Below, piece after piece: positions 59,360-64,000 of a stretch of DNA of 64,000 nucleotides; the first letter of the stretch is position 1, and each line of letters begins with the position of its first letter. The stretch covers positions 851,655-915,654 of the forward strand of contig OZ220707.1 in the NCBI GenBank assembly GCA_965116685.1, given 5' to 3'. The translations under genes were made by a program, and so were the position numbers. The notes under the pieces are model-generated. The model was not told where the DNA came from. It ran no database searches and saw only the letters and a list, made by a program, of their open reading frames with translations. This stretch comes from Rhodothermales bacterium. GTDB taxonomy: Bacteria > Bacteroidota > Rhodothermia > Rhodothermales > Bin80.

Positions 59360-60538
59360 TTGCCTTATGATGCTCTATTGGCTTCATTTGCGTATTTCTT
59401 CATCTTGAATGAAGGGAAACCGGGACCAATTCAACGGAAATATCTCGAAGAGTTCTTCTGGCGTATGTCGTTGTCTTATCGGTATTCAAGCTCTGCAGAA
59501 TCACGGCTGGCACAGGATATAAGGCGGATTGATCTGATCTTGAAGGATGAACGTCCTGATTACAGCGATATCAATGTTTATCTGGACTCCCCACAGTCAC
59601 TGGTTGATGCAAATTTCAGTGCAGGAAACAGCTATTGCAAGGCTGTGCTTTGTCTATTGGCATACCAGGAGCCTAAAAACTTTCAGGATAATGGCAAAGT
59701 TATTCTTGATAATTCATGGTTAAAGAGAGCAAACAGCAAAAATTACCACCATTTTTTCCCGAAAAAGTATCTGAAGAACAAAGGGCTTTCAAACGGTAAC
59801 AGCTTGGTCAATATCACCTTTGTCAGTGATCATTTGAACAAAAGAATTATAGGTGCAAGGGCACCTTCAAGCTATATTGGTGATTTCAAGGATGAGAACA
59901 GTGATATAAATAAAGCTTTGAACTCGCACTTTATTGATCTAGATGGATTTGGGATTGAAAGTGATGACTACAAGGTTTTCCGGGAGGCTAGATCTAAGTT
60001 GATATTTGACGAGCTGAAGGCAAGGATTGAATTAAGTCGGGAACCTATCAGTGACGAAGTACAAGAGTTAATCACGGCCGGTGAGAGTGGTACAGTCGAG
60101 TTTAAGTCAACGCTCCGTTATGACCTTCGAGAAAAATGCGTAAACAAAAAACTTGAGTATGTCATTGCAAAGACAATAGCTGCCTTTCTTAATAGCGAAG
60201 GAGGAAATTTGTTTATTGGTATTGATGATAATCAGAATGCCCTTGGGCTGTCAGACGATATCGAAAGCTTAAAAAAGAAAAATGTGGATGGCTTTGAACT
60301 ACAACTTATTGAAGTAATCAAGAAATATATAGGCGGAAGTCACATGACACATATAAAAATATCGTTTCCTATGTACGACGATGTTCAGGTCTGCCGGGCT
60401 CAGGTTGCGAAAAGTGGCCAACCAGTGTTTACGAAATTTGGCGAGAAAGAAGACTTCTTTGTTCGTTCAGGGTGCTCATCCCAGCCGCTAAGCCGTGAAG
60501 AGCAAAGTGCCTATGAAAAAGAACATTGGAGTAATTAA
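59360..60538 (+). CDS. GmrSD-like protein, C-terminal fragment: DUF1524-like His-Me finger region fused to an AlbA_2 (Schlafen-type) domain
   Basis: Same frame as 58316..59287. NYHHFFPKKYL...NITFVSDHLNKRI is a DUF1524-type motif. ESGTVEFKSTLRYD...FLNSEGGNLFIGIDD matches AlbA_2. Only a TTG start is available. Confidence 0.65.
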   Translation: MPYDALLASFAYFFILNEGKPGPIQRKYLEEFFWRMSLSYRYSSSAESRLAQDIRRIDLILKDERPDYSDINVYLDSPQSLVDANFSAGNSYCKAVLCLLAYQEPKNFQDNGKVILDNSWLKRANSKNYHHFFPKKYLKNKGLSNGNSLVNITFVSDHLNKRIIGARAPSSYIGDFKDENSDINKALNSHFIDLDGFGIESDDYKVFREARSKLIFDELKARIELSREPISDEVQELITAGESGTVEFKSTLRYDLREKCVNKKLEYVIAKTIAAFLNSEGGNLFIGIDDNQNALGLSDDIESLKKKNVDGFELQLIEVIKKYIGGSHMTHIKISFPMYDDVQVCRAQVAKSGQPVFTKFGEKEDFFVRSGCSSQPLSREEQSAYEKEHWSN

Positions 60539-60583
60539 CGCCTGGCATAAGAGGGGGCACCCCAAAGTTAGTGGGGAAACGGA

Positions 60584-61444
60584 TCAATTCAACTCCTGGC
60601 GAGCTATTTCTACATGAGTGACAAGCTTGGACGCCAACCTGCCGCTAAATATGCCGCGTACTGGGGGAAAATCTCTATAATCCCTACCGACTGCAACCTG
60701 GATGTGGCGCTCATCGCAATCTCCATCGTTGACGGGATCCACACCAAACCAGCCTGCGCCCGGCAACCAGCATTCAACCCATGCGTGACTCTCACTACGT
60801 CCGCCAGCATTACCGTCCGATCCAAGGTATCCCGACACATAACGAGATGGAATGCCCCAACTCCGCAATATTGAAATCATCACATGAGCATAGTCTTGAC
60901 ACACGCCCCGACCACTTTCAAGTATGTGATCTATCGGCGACTGCGCTGTAGTACTCCCGGGCTCGTAGACAAAGGCCGCACGTAGCGCCGCTTTAAGTTC
61001 TTGGATGCTGTTCAAGGGAGTGTTGGCTTTCTCTATCCCGAATTCCTTCATGAATCGCTTCAACGTAGCGGATGAAGGCCGTGCGAAGCAGCTGGGTTGG
61101 AGCATTATCCACTGTTGCGGAGCCTGTATGGCAGCTTCGAGCGCGGCCCAGCTTAAGGTGCCGAGAGATTCAGGCAGCGGAGGTTGGGGAATCACATCAA
61201 CCTCAGAGAGCGCACGGATATGAAGTTCGTGATGTGGGCTGGGACGATCAAAAAAATGTCCCCGGTTACCATAAGGGCCGGTAAAAACAAAGATCGATCC
61301 CCCAGGATCAGTGCTCAGTGAAAAGCTGCGGACCAACTGGCGAAGATTACGAGCAGGTACCAGAAAAAGCGTAATCACCGACCCAGTTACGGCACTTTCG
61401 TACGTAAATTTCAACTCGTGACGTATTGAGTAGCGAGCAGTCAT
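60584..61444 (-). CDS. Transglutaminase-like cysteine protease family protein
   Basis: Catalytic Cys motif GRGVCQDYAHVMISILRSWGIPSRYVSGY and a downstream H...D. ATGA overlap with the alpha-E gene if the start is at 61444; the track start is 61513. Confidence 0.85.
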   Translation of the reverse strand: MTARYSIRHELKFTYESAVTGSVITLFLVPARNLRQLVRSFSLSTDPGGSIFVFTGPYGNRGHFFDRPSPHHELHIRALSEVDVIPQPPLPESLGTLSWAALEAAIQAPQQWIMLQPSCFARPSSATLKRFMKEFGIEKANTPLNSIQELKAALRAAFVYEPGSTTAQSPIDHILESGRGVCQDYAHVMISILRSWGIPSRYVSGYLGSDGNAGGRSESHAWVECWLPGAGWFGVDPVNDGDCDERHIQVAVGRDYRDFPPVRGIFSGRLASKLVTHVEIARQELN

Positions 61445-62409
61445 GATGGCAATCCCTGCTCCAAGGGATAATCTATATATTCTGCAATGATGAGATCGTG
61501 AAGTGTGCGGCACTCTTCAGCAAAATCTCCCAAGAAACCCTGTGTGCCTGCACCCTCCGCGGAAGCTTGCAAGTTCGTCTCAATTGTGGCGGATAGACGC
61601 AGCATGTGGCGGTGTGGCGCTCTTCGCGGATACCGTCTACCCGCCGGGTCTATATCCGATAGCAAGTATTGAACGGACCGGGTCGCAAAACTCAGGGAAC
61701 GCGGAACCTCAGGATTGGATATCAAAAATACCAGTGCACGCCCTGGCTGAATCACCATTGAGCACTCTCGGCAGTATGCCTCGTAGGCAGCGCACACGTC
61801 TAGCAGTCCTGCCCACATTTGAGATTTTTTATTTGAGGGACGGGACCATGCTTGCAACAGGGCTGTCTGGAGCTGTAGCCGTTCGACAAAGCGGCCCAAC
61901 TCAAAGAATCGCCACGCATTGTCCCTAGACATCCCGGCTTCAATGACGCCGGATAAATGCCGCAGTCGGTCAACGACCCCTGCAGGCAGCCTATTGGGCC
62001 CTTGGGCCCAATACTCCGTAAAGTCGCAGTTTCGGAGCCATAAAAAGCCATCATTGAGACATGTCCAAACCCGGACCGGCAGCCACGGACGAAGCTGTTT
62101 AGCATTATCGCGTGCTGTAGTCCAACTCTGGATGATGGAATCTGGATTTTCGGTGTCCTCAATCAGGTGAGCGGCAAGCGCAAAGGCATCGGGAACTAGA
62201 AAGGCTTCTGCATCACCAGTTTCCGTAGGAGATGTGGGAGGAGGCTGTGCCAATGCCGCATACAAGAGCTGCCAGCCGTGCGCCAGCACATCAGCAGGCG
62301 TATCAACCAGACGTGCAAGATGATGATCCAGCAGCCGTGCAGTATGCTCAGCACGCTCGAAATATCGGCCCATCCAGTAAAAATCCCCAGCGGCTCTAGC
62401 CAGCATCAC
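61441..62409 (-). CDS. Alpha-E domain protein (DUF403)
   Basis: N-terminus AGDFYWMGRYFERAEHTARLLD is typical of alpha-E proteins. The gene is translationally coupled to its neighbours. Confidence 0.8.
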   Translation of the reverse strand: MMLARAAGDFYWMGRYFERAEHTARLLDHHLARLVDTPADVLAHGWQLLYAALAQPPPTSPTETGDAEAFLVPDAFALAAHLIEDTENPDSIIQSWTTARDNAKQLRPWLPVRVWTCLNDGFLWLRNCDFTEYWAQGPNRLPAGVVDRLRHLSGVIEAGMSRDNAWRFFELGRFVERLQLQTALLQAWSRPSNKKSQMWAGLLDVCAAYEAYCRECSMVIQPGRALVFLISNPEVPRSLSFATRSVQYLLSDIDPAGRRYPRRAPHRHMLRLSATIETNLQASAEGAGTQGFLGDFAEECRTLHDLIIAEYIDYPLEQGLPS

Positions 62410-63968
62410 ACATCCCTTTCTTTTTCGTTAATAATCCATAAGTCCTTGCAACCTCCGCCCTGACTCGAGTTGACGACCAGGCTTCCCTGGCGAAGTGCAA
62501 CGCGACAGAGCCCTCCAGGCGCTATCCAGGTTTCTTTTCTTCCTCGCAGCACAAAAGGGCGAACATCCACATGGCGTGGCACTATCTTTCCGTCAATAAA
62601 GCACGGTGCACGAGAAAGTGCAAGCGTCGGTTGGGAAATAAAATTCGCCGGATCGGTTCGCAGCCGTTCAGCAAAATCCCTTTTTTCCTTTGCCGATGCA
62701 TGTGGTCCGACCAACATCCCGTACCCCCCAGATCCTCCAACTTCCTTCACAACTAATTTGTCAAGATTTTCCAGTGTATATGTTAGTCCCTCAGGGGTCC
62801 GGCACAGGTACGTCTCGACATTGGAAAGAATCGGCTCCTCGGAAAGAAAATATCGAATGAGATCGGGTACGTAAGCATAAAGCGCCTTGTCATCAGCCAC
62901 GCCGGTACCAGGAGCATTGGCGATTACAACGTTGCCCATCCTGTATGCATGGAACAGGCCGGGTACACCCAAGAGGGAATCACTGCGAAAAGTCACCGGA
63001 TCCAAAAAATCGTCGTCCACCCTTCGGTAGATTACATCAACTCTCTTGAGTCCGGTGACTGTTCGCATGAACACCAGACCATCATGTACTACCATGTCAC
63101 GCCCTTCAACGAGTTCGGCGCCCATCTCGCCAGCGAGAAAGGCATGTTCGTAGTACGCTGAGCTGTATCGGCCGGGAGTCAGCACTGCTATCCGTGGGCT
63201 CTGTGTCCAAGTAACGAGTGAGGCCAGCTGGGAATAAAGTTGCCCTGGATATGGAAGAACCTCCCGCACATTATATGCCCGATACAGTCGCGGCATTACT
63301 TGCTTTATTGCAGCACGGCAGGCAAGCATGTAGGAGACGCCAGACGGTACACGGAGATTGTCCTCGAGGACGGAAAATCCATCACGAGTACGGACTACAT
63401 CGGTGCCGCAAACCGACACATAGACATCGTGGGGAACCTTTGTGCCCAGCATCTCCATGCGGTATTGGGGACATCCCAAAACCAATTCGTAGGGTACGAT
63501 ACCGTCACGCAACGACCACCCTTTATGGTAAATATCCTTCAAGAACAGATTGATCGCGTGCAAACGCTGTCGAAGCCCTTGGTCAATATGATTCCATTCA
63601 GAATCAGTTAGGACCCGCGGCACGCAGTCGATGGGAATAATTTGTTCAGTGACTTCTTCTTTACCAATGACAGTGAAGGTGATCCCCTCGTGAAGGAACT
63701 GCCGCCGAACGCTGTCCTGAAGCTGCATCAACTGCTCTGGCATGGCATTGTTAAGCGCCGTGCCCAGTCGCTCCGCTATCGTCCGCGACGTCCCATCGTC
63801 GTGGAACATCTCGTCGCGAAAACAGCTTTCTATCGAATAATGAGAAAACCCCCCTTCACCAGCAACAGTGGGGCCAGCTACACTTGGCCTTACGCGATCG
63901 AAAGACAGGTGTGCCGTGGCGCTCAAATTATCCGGGATAGATGTGGTTGCCGTCACTGGAGTATCCAT
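62406..63968 (-). CDS. Circularly permuted type-2 ATP-grasp protein
   Basis: 520 aa. Conserved synteny with the alpha-E and transglutaminase genes, and family-typical segments (GVSYMLACR, VIANAPGTGVADDKALY). Confidence 0.75.
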   Translation of the reverse strand: MDTPVTATTSIPDNLSATAHLSFDRVRPSVAGPTVAGEGGFSHYSIESCFRDEMFHDDGTSRTIAERLGTALNNAMPEQLMQLQDSVRRQFLHEGITFTVIGKEEVTEQIIPIDCVPRVLTDSEWNHIDQGLRQRLHAINLFLKDIYHKGWSLRDGIVPYELVLGCPQYRMEMLGTKVPHDVYVSVCGTDVVRTRDGFSVLEDNLRVPSGVSYMLACRAAIKQVMPRLYRAYNVREVLPYPGQLYSQLASLVTWTQSPRIAVLTPGRYSSAYYEHAFLAGEMGAELVEGRDMVVHDGLVFMRTVTGLKRVDVIYRRVDDDFLDPVTFRSDSLLGVPGLFHAYRMGNVVIANAPGTGVADDKALYAYVPDLIRYFLSEEPILSNVETYLCRTPEGLTYTLENLDKLVVKEVGGSGGYGMLVGPHASAKEKRDFAERLRTDPANFISQPTLALSRAPCFIDGKIVPRHVDVRPFVLRGRKETWIAPGGLCRVALRQGSLVVNSSQGGGCKDLWIINEKERDV

Positions 63969-64000
63969 TTTCGATACAATCCCATATTCTTAGCCAGATT

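Overview
This is a 64-kb chromosomal window, probably from an FCB-group bacterium (Bacteroidota, Balneolota or Rhodothermota-like). That taxon call is a guess based on a T9SS C-terminal sorting tail and the gene content.

**Ordinary regions**
- 1-17.4 kb holds housekeeping genes (ispG, a rhomboid protease, PBP1A, a sulfatase, ispE), followed by an exopolysaccharide locus: Wza-like exporter, Wzz-like protein, Wzy/ligase-like protein, three glycosyltransferases (one with an in-frame TAG) and a secreted GH16-like T9SS protein.
- 35-58 kb is ordinary core genome. It contains two methyltransferases, a POT transporter, aspS, tRNA-Leu(GAG), pcm, cdaA, folP, a GH3-family protein, an IMPase-family protein, a class IV aminotransferase, queE, a thioesterase, an MBL hydrolase, a 4Fe-4S/FAD oxidoreductase pair, nadK and lpdA.

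**Nested mobile-element region (17.5-34.9 kb)**
A decayed ISL3 element (17831-34852) has been invaded by two separate sets of elements:
- A head-to-tail array of five essentially identical 1907-bp units (20689-30223). Each unit is a 23-nt hairpin leader plus a complete 1884-nt group II intron. The RT/maturase ORF carries the same frameshift just after YADD in every copy.
- A sixth, ORF-less variant intron lies next to the array. An intact IS4-family IS sits in its domain VI loop, and that IS itself carries a 98-bp MITE.
- An IS1634-like element, flanked by an 18-bp direct repeat, which is split by an IS1380-like element.

**Other notable items**
- A tRNA-Lys(UUU) gene is interrupted in its anticodon loop by a 328-nt structured insert that looks like a group I intron (41008-41411).
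- An AT-rich GmrSD-like gene (DUF262 / DUF1524-like / AlbA_2) is split in frame by a second copy of the same MITE (58316-60538).
- A conserved, uncharacterised operon encodes a circularly permuted ATP-grasp protein, an alpha-E protein and a transglutaminase (60.6-64 kb).

All calls rest on reading the sequence and the ORF track by eye. No database or covariance-model searches were run.
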